From the NCBI RefSeq assembly GCF_964204645.1, contig NC_134034.1, positions 8,816,962 to 8,880,961 of the forward strand: a DNA stretch of 64,000 bases, written 5' to 3'. Below are positions 11,451 to 24,449 of this stretch, piece by piece. Position numbers and translations under genes: made by a program. Below the pieces are notes generated by a model that was not told the DNA's origin, made no database searches, and saw nothing but the letters and a program-made list of their open reading frames with translations. Position 1 is the first letter of the stretch. Each line of letters begins with the position of its first letter. The DNA comes from Tubulanus polymorphus (Eukaryota > Animalia > Nemertea).

Positions 11451-13080
11451 AACTTTTTCCCTCCAACCCTCCTGTCATGACGCGTTGTGATTTACTCACT
11501 CCTTGCTAGTCGTTGTTGAGAGAGCAGCTATTGTATGTGAATTACCAACGAGCGCATACAGACAACAGAAACTTCAGACAGCTAGTTTTAACATTTAACA
11601 TTAATTAATTTTTCTAAAACATTAGCGATTATTAACAATTTGTTCTTAAACAACATCTAGATTACTCAAATTAAATATCTTTTCAAAACTTTGTTTTCTT
11701 TTCTTATTACAGTACAAATTCATTGTTTCTTTTTTAATTATTATAATTAACTACGATTTGGAATACATTGTGATTGATTATCAATTCTTAAATTATTTGA
11801 AATACTAATTATTTTATCTACAATTTAACTAATTCTATTTTAATACAGGATAAGCAAAACAACCACATCTTCCTAAACTTCCGGTTTTTCCTTTTACGGA
11901 AAGTAGCCGGGAATATCATCAAGTATCAGCGTGATCCCTTCACGAGCCTCATTATAAATACACTCCATTGTTCCGACCCAACCAAATATGGTTCCAACTA
12001 TTTAAAAGTTTTATATAAAGATTTTCTGAATGTTTGCCAGATCTCACAGCAGAAGAACCGAGAAAGAATTGTTGTTTATAGACTGATTTATGGTTTGCGT
12101 TGGTAGATGAAAGCATCAAACAAGAACTTTCGTAATTCTTACTACTAGTACGTTCTTGTCTGACGGCTTTAACGTAACCCCTACGCATACGGAAACAACA
12201 TTAAGAACATTTCTAAATACTACGAAATATTTTCAAATACTACGAAAATCTAGCTGTGGATCAATATAAACTAAAACTGAACTGAATTGAAACTGAGTTC
12301 GGTTAGAGTATAAACCTCCTAATTAACTTTCGGAATTATATATAAAAGAGTGAAGAGTGAAACATCAACCCTTATACCGAATACACTTGTATAAATGAGA
12401 AAATGCACACTAGGACAATGGCTAATTTGCGACCTTAAAATGAAAGAAAGACTCGAATTTCTTTTATCACACGCGACACGCGAATCTCCTAATTACTCTA
12501 ATAATGAGAGAAAACTTCAGACGAATTAAATGTATCAGCTTTATAATTGAATGATGATTATGTACGCTTAACTTCAATGATTTGTATCGATCGGTAAATG
12601 AAATTTCCATTTAAAGAATGCATTTATCAAATTACGTCCATTGAAAATGAAATTAGCTAAACTCGAGGCATATCACTATTTAGATTTATCGCAGTTGTCT
12701 TTTGAAAATTTATAACCAATCTTTATATAGTCCCCTGTAAAATCTAAACTCAATTTCTATATTATACACGTGATTTAATTACGATTTCTCAACTTCGTGT
12801 TTATTCTATAATGAGAAGCGCACTGATTAAATCTGATTTCAACAGATTGTCGAAAAAGTTACAGCAATTTACTGTTAGAGAAAGAAAATACTAAATCTAT
12901 TTAGTTTTCTAAAATTATATGTAAGTGTCATACCATCTCATGCTCTAGGATATTGTGTATCGTAACATTTGAAATTGCTAAATCTACCTGGCTTCATTGG
13001 GTACTGTTTTCTAAAAAGAAAAACAAATAACACCCAACGCGCCATTACCTATAATTCTAAAAGTTCAGGTTATAACGTTA

Positions 13081-13377
13081 AGAATATTCCTCCCTAAGTC
13101 AATACTTTGAATATAAAACCAGAAGGTAAAATTCTCTTCGTTGGACTTTTGGAGGAATCGTTTGAATATCGGACCCCTTGGTCGAGTTTTCATCGATTGA
13201 CATTGGGAGGAATGTTCCTCCCGAAGTCGATACTTTGAATATCAGAACTGAAGGTCAAATTCTCTTCGTTTGACCTTGGGAGGAATATTCCTCCAAAAGT
13301 CAATTGTTTGAATATCAGACCCCTTGGTCGAATTTCCATCGATTGACTTTGGGAGGAATATTCCTCCCGCAGTCAAT
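13081..13377. repeat. Tandem ~73-bp units built on a ~34-bp palindrome, with two alternating linker types
   Basis: TTGACTTTGGGAGGAATATTCCTCCC..AGTCAA variants at ~13081, 13141, 13197, 13270, 13343. Confidence 0.8.
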
Positions 13378-15592
13378 TTTCACAATAGCGGTCCTCTTTA
13401 TTGGTGATGATCAAATGAACGTGCGGCTCATATTTCTATTGTGTGCCTATCCGGTGTAACGCGCGACACGCTTACATAATCTTATCTGTAAATGTGAAGA
13501 TCTCGGGGGCATTATGTTCTCTAAAGCCCGACATTATCCCAGATTCGGGACTGTGAATGGGTTAATTTTACGGCTTAGTCGACATGTTTCAACAATTTTT
13601 AACTGTTCATTTATGAATATTTGAAGACTTATGAACTAAAAATTACTTAAATTTTTGATACATTTTGAGAAAGTCACAAAACATTTGAGACTGCGTTTAT
13701 AACCGTTGAACAGAATTTCAGCCAAATTTCTAAAATTCTAAATAACATATTAACTCACCTGCTTCGATTTAGATTATTGCGATATGAGCTCGATCAATGT
13801 TCGTTCTCACTATGAATTGATGAACAAAAATGGTATTCATATCGAGTGATTCTGTCTTTCTAAGTAGTTGTATATGTAGGTATTCAAGCCAAAGGCCGTG
13901 AGGTAAATTTAAATCTGATCCCGCTTCGCAGGTCCAAATTTCGCTCAACCTCTCTACCATTTCTTGAATACGTAAATGCACATTTGTAAAGCAATACCGA
14001 CATCATTGTCGGATCAGAGATCGAGAGGTCAAGTCATGCCCGATTTAACAAAATGATGCTCCTATTGCTTATTTCTTCGTAGTTGATATAGAATATCTTG
14101 AAAAACTAAAATTTAAATCTAACAAGAAAATTAATTTTAATAGATTATTTGACGCCTGCGAAAAAATGTAGAATTTCTGGGATAAGCTAATGTGGAATTG
14201 CAAATTTGATATCGAAGTTTTAAGAAATTTGGGGAATTATGAGATTTGGTGATTGGGTAGATGATCCCGCAGGTTTTCGACTGGTCTAATGAAAAAATAA
14301 GAATTGTCAACTTGCGACCGACTTCGATTCACTTTTGCCTCTAAGCTGGTCTGCAACTTCATTGCCTCCATGGTTGAAGAAAGAGCTCTTCTGAAGTCTG
14401 CTTCATCATGACTTATCGAGCATATCGTGTAGCCAGCCGGCTCGGTCCCCGGGGCCCGGTTTGGCTGTCACTCGATAGCCTAGACTTGAGTCTGGGTTGA
14501 AGTAGACATTGTCATTTAAATAACTTATTCATCTTATTCTGTATGAATTACCACGTGTGTCTTGTATTTTGTATTTTCTTATTTTAAAATTTGTATTAAA
14601 TTAATAAGGATCAACAATTTAAATGTAATAAGGATCAACAAAGAATTGAATTGCATTGTCACCTAATACACATGCCATCAGTGGACGCGGAGCCGTATAT
14701 GACAGCTATGCTATTATAAATTGCTAATCTCATGAAACCTGTATACGCCTAATATCGAACATATTTTCCAAAACATTTGAATATGGAAATGATATGTTTA
14801 CACGTTTTTATATAGACCGCTTGTAGCCGCCCATGAAATTCACGCCGGCCCTATACACAGATCGTAGATGGCTTCGTCATTCCACCAGCATCCCGATGTC
14901 AAATCGTGTATACATACGCCATTTAACCGAATAATCCGATTTACTTATCATTTCTACATATGCCTGCTGCTCCTGATATAATCATACATCCTTTATTATT
15001 ACAATACATCTTCTCATGATATTCAATGCAATATAACATTTCGACATTCAAATAGAGGTCATTATATAATCACAGGAAGCCATTCTACATCTTTGTCAAT
15101 AATATTTTGCAAAATATCTTGTGTGTGTACACATAGACCTGTGACGTTTTGCACATCGATTTACGGTTGTCGTTTGTAAAATGACGCTGAATGGTTTACA
15201 TTGTTTAGGTTTCATAATGGTAACGTTTTATAAGGCCTCAAAAACTTGCCATATTGTCCAAAACATATAACCGTAGATGATAATTATGTAAGCAATTATG
15301 AGAAGAAAATAAAAGCAAAAGATCATTCACTGTAGTTGGAGAAACAAATTTAATACCAATTCAACTAGACATAATTATTATCATCAATATACACGCAAAA
15401 GAGTATTAATCGATTATTTGAAGTAGCAAATGTCAATATTCCTAGACGTGTACACATTTTCAAAAAGCACATATCACAATTAACCACCTGCTACAGTGAT
15501 GATTTGAATTACTGAAATTTTATCACGGAGAATAAACATTAGGAACAGAAAAAGCAAACAATATAAGCTGGTCCTGGACGTTCTTGTGCTCA

Positions 15593-15660
15593 TATAAGCA
15601 TTCTATTCCAATTATAACAACTAACGGCAGCAGTGTTGAACATCCCGTAGGTAAGGTAAG
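15593..15660 (+). promoter_or_regulatory. Candidate TATA box and non-coding first exon of the knottin gene
   Basis: TATAAG at 15593; donor GTAAGGTAAGT at 15651; acceptor TTCTAG at 16575-16580 just before the ATG. Confidence 0.4.
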
Positions 15661-16588
15661 TACAGATGTAAATGAATTTACACAATGGAAAAATGCACAA
15701 TTACACGTGGATTACGGAATTGTGAATCTGCTAGCCAGTTGTATACCTTATTATAGACTATGTTTTTATATCTATTACACTTTTCATTTGAATGTTTGAT
15801 CACGGTTCACAGTAATTATACAATTGGACTTAAGAGTCCTGGAGCCGGTTATAGACAGGGCTAAGGCTTAAGACCAGTCTCAGACTAATGAAGTTCTATT
15901 TTTTACTTTTGGTCTTGACTATGCAAACGGCTGGGGCCAGTTCCATAATCGGGATTTAAGTCCAAAAGTGGTCTTCAATCTTAAGACTGGTCTTAAACTG
16001 TAAGATTAGCTATAGAACTATCCTGGGGGTTTTAAGGAACTAATTTCAACCAAAGAACTCATGTTCAAAAGAAAGAAAAGTTAATTATTTTCTATAATAA
16101 ATATAAATCCCAGCATACACGGACAACAAGAAACAGAGACTTGTTTCAGTGTTTTTGTAATGCAAAACGCAAGGGATGTGGCTACCCCTCATGTATGGCC
16201 AAAGAAACACTCACAATAAGTGACCGAAAACTGCAAAATGAACAGCTCATGCCAAATAATTGACTTTTGATCAATCTTAGGTTACAAAAATATCAACCGA
16301 TTTAATCATTACTTGTATTCTTAAGGTAACGAACAGATAAGACTAAATTTGAAAGAATCAGTAATTTTCATGCTTCGACATTTAAACCACCAATGCAAAT
16401 AACGTTATCGATGCATTGCACTGTTTCTATTATCAGTTTTTCGTTTGTCGAGCAGCATACTGAAAACCTGGGACATTATCTGGCAAAGATTTACTTGCTG
16501 CGCCTATTAAAGACAGGTGTATATGAATTTTGGACGTTTCAAAATTACAATTTGGTAATATATTTTGCATCAAATTCTAGGCGACAAA

Positions 16589-17588
16589 ATGTGTGCTGAT
16601 TTGATATATCGTATATGTGCCATTGCTATGATTGTGGTCAGTGCCGCAGCATTTGCAGAATCATATGGTGAGTAACAACTGGTAAAATAATTTCAAAGGA
16701 CTTCGTACATAATATAAATCATAGAAAAAGTATCAGTGAACATTTGTGTAGTTTTTTTTTTAGATTAAGCGAATCCCTACATTTCAGAGATGATGTTTGA
16801 TAGGCATATTCCGACAAAAATAAATTTAATTGACGTGCAATAATGTTGTCCTTGTAAAAATGTATCTTCGAAAGTTGAAATAAAAAGCCCAACCTGAGGA
16901 AACTTATAGAAGAGACGCGGGAGGGAATTTTATTTTACCAATGTCGAGCCAATACCAGTAATGCAAGTAAAACATATGTGCAAAACACTTAATTTAGAAT
17001 TTAGAAGCTCCATTAATTTTTCAAATCAGACTATATCGTCACATTTAACCGAAACTGAAACAATGATTTTCGCAATTGTCACGTTTCCTCGAATTGAGGT
17101 GAGATAAAAAGAACCCTCCCGCTGATGTTTTCACTGTAAAATGGGGATTACCAGTACGTAGAGGATTAGCATATAAACACCCGCAAAAGACCCCACTGCC
17201 GTACACTTTACAGCTATACGGGCGAGCGGTTAAATTCTTATATAAACAGACGAATTATGCTTTGCCGGGCGAGCGCATTTGACTGTTTTATTAGGGACTT
17301 TTTATGACGTGGGCGGCATTTGACTTTCTTGAGAAACTAGGGTATTTCTTTGTGTGGCCTAATTTTCTGTCTGAATGGTCGACAGGAACGAGTGGTATCT
17401 ATTGGTCCAACATTCAGGGGTGGGGGTTCAATTTGGCTTTTTAATTCAAGTAAAAAATGTTTCACCTCACAGTTCAATTTCCAATTTAATACTTTTAAGG
17501 GTATAACGAGTGCACAGGAAAGATGACCATGTGTCGTGTTGATGGTGATTGTTGCGACAACAATTGTAAAGGTGGAGTTTGTTCCTAA
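16589..17588 (+). CDS. Secreted inhibitor-cystine-knot (knottin/toxin-like) peptide, 55 aa; coding exons 16589-16667 and 17500-17588
   Basis: MCADLIYRICAIAMIVVSAAAFAESY|GYNECTGKMTMCRVDGDCCDNNCKGGVCS*; phase-1 GTGAGT..AG intron keeps frame; signal-peptide-like N-terminus; C-x6-C-x5-CC-x3-C-x4-C; AATAAA at ~17769. Confidence 0.8.
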
Positions 17589-18435
17589 TCGATGGTGATA
17601 AGCTTTTGTAATATATACACGTAATGGTTTGGGAAAATATCCGATTATGAAAACTGAACTACAGCCAGTTTACTGACCGACTATTTTGGTTCGACTTAAA
17701 ATTGTATACGTAACTCATTTGTAAAATCTCGTGTGATAATTAAAGTTGGTTCAATACAACTGCGAGTAAATAAATCGATGATCGGGTTGACTGTTTATGA
17801 TTCGTTGGTCTAGATTTCCGAAGTGATCAATGCGCTGTTTGCAGCGAGGAACATCAATCCTCAATACCAGGTGTATATTTTCATTCTATTTCGATTAATA
17901 TTTTCCTCATGGTCTTTATTTCCCCCTTTCTATTCAGAGTACGTTCTTAATTAAGTGCATATCGCGATTTGACTAAACAGCTTTTAAACGTAATGTTTTA
18001 TTCTGACGATAAATGTTCGTCTAAACTAGTAACATCTAAATTACTATAGTCCATCCTTTACACTGTAATATGGTTGACGGGTTAATTTTGACAGCGTGAA
18101 CTGATGCCGAACGGCATATGGTGTGGCGTGGTGTTATTTAACTACTTAGGCGTCACGATTCGCGATATCATTGTATTGGTTGCTGACTTATGCAAAGTTC
18201 CCCAACAATGGACAATTTGTTAGTTGTACATCGACAATACTTGAACAATCAATACATAAATACTGAATAAATAGACTTGCTTTCAGCGTCAGGTCGATGA
18301 CGGTACCAGCTTTTATAGATCACTGACGAAAGTCGATCGACGTGCGTTAAAATGATTAGCGTCTATAGATGCTCGGTGTCATTCGAGTCTGGCGGTAGCC
18401 AACATAGACTGGAATAACATTATTGCCTTTTCATC

Positions 18436-18480
18436 AATAATAATAATGATAATGATAATGATAATAATAATGATAATAAA
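18436..18480. repeat. (AAT/GAT)n microsatellite
   Basis: Seen directly. Confidence 0.85.
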
Positions 18481-18729
18481 AGAATTACCGAAGTCTTCCA
18501 ATGACCACTTTTAGGTCTCCCAATGACCAAACTGTTGGTCCTCGTCCCCATATGTTTGTCCTCCATTGACCACATCGGCCATTACAGGACTTCAGTGATC
18601 ATTGCAAGACCTCTGTGGTCACAAAGGGACCTAAATGGTCATTCTAGGACATGGGACATTACAGGACATCAATGGTCATTGCAGGACTATATAGTTATTG
18701 CCGCTGTATTAGCACTTCTTTATAGTGTG

Positions 18730-21435
18730 AGTGAGATAAGCATAATCAATTCTGAATTGGCAGGGGATTTGGGTTTAAAAGGTACTAAAAAACTTCTTAC
18801 AATTAATACATTGAATTCATGTGATACGACTATGTGTGAAAAGGTCTCATTTTCAGTACGATCCAGATTCAACGCTGACGCTGAGCCGGTTACCGTTCAA
18901 GCTTGGACAAGAAACGATCAGTTCCATTGTCCACCTCAACATTCCCACCTTCCTAAAGTATACAGTCATTTGACAGGTCTGAATCTCGGTGAAATAGAAC
19001 CACAACAAGTAAAACTTTAAATCGGGGCCAATGTCCCAAGGGCCCACATACAATTGGAAGTAGTCAAGGTACTGATTACGAACAACCTATTGGAATACGT
19101 ACGCCTCTGGGTTGGTGTGTTATAGGGGTCGCGGACAATGATACAAATTAAAGACTCGTTCTGATTTCGAACTTCTTAACAATCAGAAATTTTGAGAAAC
19201 TGAATCTTTTTGTGCCGTTGTCGTCGATGAGAATACGTGTCGCTCGGTTGAAGATAAACTTGCTTGGCAGATACTAGAATCTAGCTGTCGCTTTGTGAAC
19301 GGTCACTACGAGGTCGGTATGCTGTTTCGAGACCCCTAAGCTTCCATGCCTGACAATAGGTGGCAGACCGAGGTTCGGTTTCGGAATTTGAAACGACGAT
19401 TGTACAGAGATCCGAGTTTATGCGAGGCTTATTCTAGAACTCTGAATGGCTACATCGAGAAGGGTTATGCCCATAAGTTGCCAGAAGAGGAAATCAATAA
19501 CACAGGTAAGAAAATTTGGTTTCTGCCGCATCATGCCGTCGTTAATCCTAATAAACTAGGAAAGGTCCGCGTGGTCTTTGATGCAGCAGCCCGCTGCAAC
19601 AACGTTTCCTTAAATGGCCAACTTATGACGGGACCAGACCTACTCAATGGGCTATTTGGTATACTGTAACGCTTTCGTTTGGGTAAAGTCGTACTGGTTG
19701 CCGACGTCGAGGCAATGTTCCATCAGGTCCTTGTACCTGATTACGACTCAAACTCTTTGTTATTTTTGTGGCAGGAGGACCTGGCCAAAAATGGTGGCCC
19801 GGATGTCTATAAAATGACTGTCCATATCGTTGGTAGTGTCGATTCGCCGTGTGCGGCTAATTACAGTTTAAAACAATCAGCAACTGATAATTCAGATAGA
19901 TACTGTGAATTGGCCGTTCACACTGTTGTCAATGATTTTTATATGGATGACTTAATTTAGTCTGTTGATTCTACATGTCAGGCAATCGTATTGAAAAACG
20001 AAGTGACACAGATTCTTGTTCGCGGAGGTTTTCACCTCACGAAATGGTTGAGCAATGACCGTCAAGTTTTAGCTGAAACGCCCAAAGATGAACGCACCGA
20101 ACCCGAGCTGGACCTGGACCTTGATGACCTACCCGTCGAAAGGGCGCTTGGGGTACGCTGGGATGTCGAGGCGGATTCGTTCGTTTTTAAGCCCATTTTG
20201 AAAGATCCGGTCGCGCCTACTAAACGTCAAGTCGTCAGTGTAGTAAGCTCTGTATTCGACCCCCTGGGCTTCGTTTCGCCGTCTATTTTCAGGGCTAAAT
20301 GTTTAATACAGGATATTTGGCGCAGAGGCTCTGATTGGGATGACCGAATTGATGGTGATCTCGCGGATAGATGGCTCACATGGATTAACGAACTTCACTT
20401 TCTATCAAATTTTTGCCTGAATCGTCATCATTTCAACCTGCTCGATGGAGAGTCGGTGGTAGAAATTCACATTTTTGCAGATGCATCCGAGAGAGGATTC
20501 GGTGCAGTGGCATACTTGCGTATTGAGCTACCAAGTGGTGAGTTTATGTGTTCCTTTCTCACAGCTAAAACTCGGTTATCACCGGTCGAGTCCTTGACAA
20601 TACCTAAATTAGAACTTGAGGGAGCCCTGCTAGCAGTTTTATTATTCAATACAAGAAAATGAGCTGAGTCGATTAGAATTTCGGCGCACTGTATTTTGGA
20701 CGGACGCACTGACAGTTCTTAGGTATATTAATGATTCGAAAACAAGGTTTAAAACCTTTGTAGTAAATAGGCAAACGAAAATATTGCACAGTTCGGATAC
20801 CAAACAATGGATGCATGTCCCGTCAGGCTTGATTCCTGCAGATGCATGCGCGCGCGGTTTGCATGCTAATGAATGTAGTAATCCCGAATGGTCCCGCGTT
20901 ACTCTGTAAAGATCAGAGGGCTTGGCCTGATCAGAAAATAGTGACGGGTCCCGTAATTGATCAAAACGATGTAAAAAATGCAAAATTGTAAATATATGTT
21001 CGTATGTCAATGATTCAGTATGTGTTCACTCCATTGATCATCTCAGAAGTAGAAATCGACGAAGGATTCTCGTCTTGGTACAAATTGAAAAGGCATGGAG
21101 CATGGGTGCTCATAGCAGTCACTAGATTTACAGCTTCACTTCCACGTTTGAGTAAAAAGTGGTGTGGTGAGTCTGTCAAGAGTAAGTATTTGTTGGTGTC
21201 CGAAATCAATCGCGCGGAAGACGTCTTTGTTCGGGATGCACAGTTGCGCCACTTCGCTCCCGAGATTCGCTCATTAAAACAAGGAACTGCTCCGTCAAAA
21301 AAGGCTCGTTACAACCGCAATACCCTTTTTACAATGGTGAGCTTATCCGCGTTGGCGGTAGGTTGGCTCAAGCTAATATCCCGTCCTTTATATATGAAAT
21401 AAAATCACCAGAACATAATTCTTCTAGATCTTCAC
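18730..21435 (+). pseudogene. Decayed BEL/Pao pol (protease end, RT, RNase H/Peptidase_A17)
   Basis: WFLPHHAV, KVRVVFDA, GPDLLN, DVEAMFHQV, FYMDD, RALGVRWD, HIFADAS, IPKLEL and IRVGGR spread over several frames with stops. Confidence 0.9.
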
Positions 21436-21439
21436 TTGA

Positions 21440-21918
21440 TTATCTATGAAATCTATCTGGTAAATATGTTCTGAATTTATATGTATTTCCTTTTAATCCT
21501 TCATATTCTAAGTGAATAACTAATTTATCTCCATATTTGTTAGTAACTGTATCAATATTTGTTATTAAATATTTCTTATGAATTGTTAATTCTGTTAACT
21601 TCTTAAATTTATAATCTACAGATTTAGCATTTGTGATATACATGTATTTTATTCTATCTAGAAATGATTAGTTGTTCTCACTGTGTATTTGTTTACTACT
21701 CTCCATTTTAATAACATGTTTTTTATTAAAATTGATTTTAGAAGTTATTAGATTAATATTTTTAGAGTTATAGGCAATGTGTTGTTCTAGACCAAAGGTT
21801 GAGATGTCAAGTGAGTAAAAAATGAAAAATAAATTCGAGTAAACGAGAATTTATATTTACGTTTTTTACTCACTCGACCTCTCGACCTTTGATCTAGAAC
21901 AACACATTCCCTATTACT
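21440..21918 (-). mobile_element. Terminal fragment of a second, related Polinton: hairpin end plus one small gene
   Basis: Ends CCCTATTACT like the main provirus; imperfect palindrome 21766-21918; gene 21706-21440 closely matches the gene at 33270-33619. Confidence 0.85.
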
Positions 21919-22215
21919 AACATTATTCGGCAATTTTCCGAGTATGATCGGTACTAGAATCGATCCAAAACTTTGCGACGATTTGCCCTGAGATTCCAAC
22001 GTGCGGATATGTAACTCGACTTTATCGTAGAAATTGCGCATTGAAGTAGCATCGATAAAAGGAGCTCTTGATTCGATGAGATTTTAAATAAGCTTCGATC
22101 ACTAGATGCGGTTGACCGAATCTCTGGACGAGTAATTCTTTCGCGTTTTCGTAATTTTCGGACGTTAACGGTAAACCTTCAATACACAATTTCGCTTCAT
22201 CAACCAGCGTGCGAC
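21919..22215 (-). pseudogene. BEL/Pao gag (DUF1759-like) fragment interrupted by the Polinton end
   Basis: CIEGLPLTSENY..., MRNFYDKVELHIRTLES...LVPIILGKLP. Confidence 0.75.
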
Positions 22216-22808
22216 GTTTTGATCCGCAATTTCGTTAATAATCAGTTGATCTGTGAATATTATGCATCAATTCGTTCAGTTAGGATTTCGCATTCGGAAT
22301 TAAATTATGAATTAAAATTATTTGAGTTTTTATATACATGTATCAGCGATTGGTTACTCATCATACGGCTCGTGTAATGTTGGAAAACGCCTTTCGCAGC
22401 CCGTAACCTACGACGTTTTTTATGCTAATGAACAGTGATGAGGTCACTAACGTTCCGAGCGTCGGTGGAGCGGTCGTTTTTTAAGCATTACGCGAGTCTA
22501 TGCCGAGTAAACTATGGCTGATGAATGAAAACAAAAACAACTTTAGGAAAAATCATTTTAATTCTGAATGCAAATTCCTTACTGTTTAGCGATTGTCTCG
22601 TTGCTGGCTTACGTCGACAAGCGACGCGATGCCTACCGACGCAACTGGGTTTATCGCCGATAGTAGTGACAACTGAGCAGCCTATGATAGGCCGCCAGTT
22701 GCTGCTGTAGGCCTGTCTGTTTGAGATAAGCCGGCTTGCGACTGGGTGGATCCCATATTCCGCTAGTCGGGCTCCAGTTGCAGGGAATCGGAGCCAGTCG
22801 ACATACAT

Positions 22809-23104
22809 ATCTCGTCAGAGTCTAAACCATCCTCGTTTTGTTTCAATATGTCGACACTTGAGAGTGACACGTCTGTCGTATCAACGTTAACTTCCGGTCG
22901 ACTTAAAGCATCAGCGTTACCATGAGTGCTGTTCTTTTGAATACCCGGGTTCTTCACCAAATTATGTGATGATGCACGGTGTCAACACACAGTGTAGGAA
23001 CTTGTCAAATCTTAAGATCCGGAATCGAGAACACGAAAAACCCTGGATAGCGAAGTTCTTCAGTACGACAAGTTGGTTTATTTCACAGGTGTAGTCGATC
23101 GTCA
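22809..23104 (-). mobile_element. Partial copy of an internally deleted Gypsy-type element (U5, PBS, RNase H tail)
   Basis: Near-identical to 23778-24080; HGNADALSR motif; lies between 95-bp direct repeats 22709-22803 and 23130-23224. Confidence 0.6.
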
Positions 23105-23624
23105 CACACATGTATAAGTTAATTATAAGAGGCCTGTCTGTTTGAGATAAGCCGGCTTGCGACTGGGTGGATCTTATATTCCGCTAGTCGGGCTCCAGTT
23201 GCAGGGAATCGGAGCCAGTCGACAACTGGGCTGCGATCGCGGTTGCTGCCAGTTGCATCGGAAGGCGTCGCGTCTCGCTTGACGACATAAGACAGCCTTT
23301 ACTTTCGCTGGGCCTGTTATCAGCTCACATTTCACCAATGATAACATGCTTTTGACGAAACAGATCAATTAGTCACCGGATAAGAGAAACTATTCATTGG
23401 AGGCAGGACCAGTGGAGACAACGAATTATAACGCAATATTCTTTTTAATTAAATATATTTTATTCATTTGAAATAAACATATACTTACCTCTGCTACCAT
23501 CACCTTTGCTCCATTAGCATCAGTAGAGGTTCTGTAGCCTATTACGTCACAGACGCCCCAACTAAGGAAAGTGGCCAGTTGCACCGGCATTTTGAATTGG
23601 ATTAGTCAAATGATTACTCCAAAT

Positions 23625-24080
23625 TTACCTCATTATAACATTCAGTATCCACCCCCTCGGACATCCCTCGTCCGTTCCTATAGGAATAACATCGTAATCA
23701 CTCACACATTCATAACCTGAAGTTCTTTTCGATATATAGCGTTTTCGTAAGTCCCAAGAATTTTCGTCACTGGGAGATGTCTCGTCAGGGTCTAAACCAT
23801 CCTCGTTTTGTTTCAATATGTCGACACTTGTCGTATCGAGTGACACGTCTGTTGTATCAACGTTAACTTCCGGTCGACTTAAAGCATCATCGTTACCATG
23901 CGTGCTGTTCTTTTGAATGCCCGGGTTCTCCACCAAATTATGTGATGATGCACTGTGTCAACACACGATGTGGGAACTTGTAAAATCTTAAGATCCGGAA
24001 TCGAGAACACGAAAAACCCTGAATAGCGAAGTTCTTCAGTACAACAAGTTGGTTTATTTCACAGGTGTAGTCGATCGTCA
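23625..24080 (-). mobile_element. Internally deleted Gypsy-type element: U5, tRNA-Ala-like PBS, RNase H tail
   Basis: Minus strand AATAAA...CATCACA-TAATT-TGGTGGAGAACCCGGGCATT followed within ~20 nt by HGNDDALSR. Confidence 0.55.
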
Positions 24081-24449
24081 CTAAATTCTTACTATTTTAT
24101 CTTAATACGTAAAACTTTCATTGATTAAACTAATGACATTTTAATGCCTGCGCTACACTTTATCTAGACTTTCTGACGAATTCACATGATGCTGAATATT
24201 TAATATAATTATTTTTTGATAGGTTTTCAAGATAATAAATACACTTGTTCGCTTCTCAACAATCTCCCCTTCCTGATAATCATACGGATAATCATGGTTT
24301 TAATTTTACAATTTCAACAATCAATTAAGCTAAAATACAACTATATGCGTATCTATGAAATAAATTCTACACACGTTATATAAATCTTAAATTCTAGTTA
24401 TTAATATACATGTAATTTAAATCCTTTTAAATGAATCAAAAATAATCTA

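Noticed and set aside
12410-12900. Decayed plus-strand gene after a TATA-like element
   Set aside because: Many stops and no recognisable motif; cannot be supported
13081-13377. CRISPR array
   Set aside because: Linkers alternate between two homologous types instead of being unique; no cas genes; eukaryotic context
18270-18350. Hammerhead-like CTGACGA motif
   Set aside because: The GAAA core is missing; too degenerate to call
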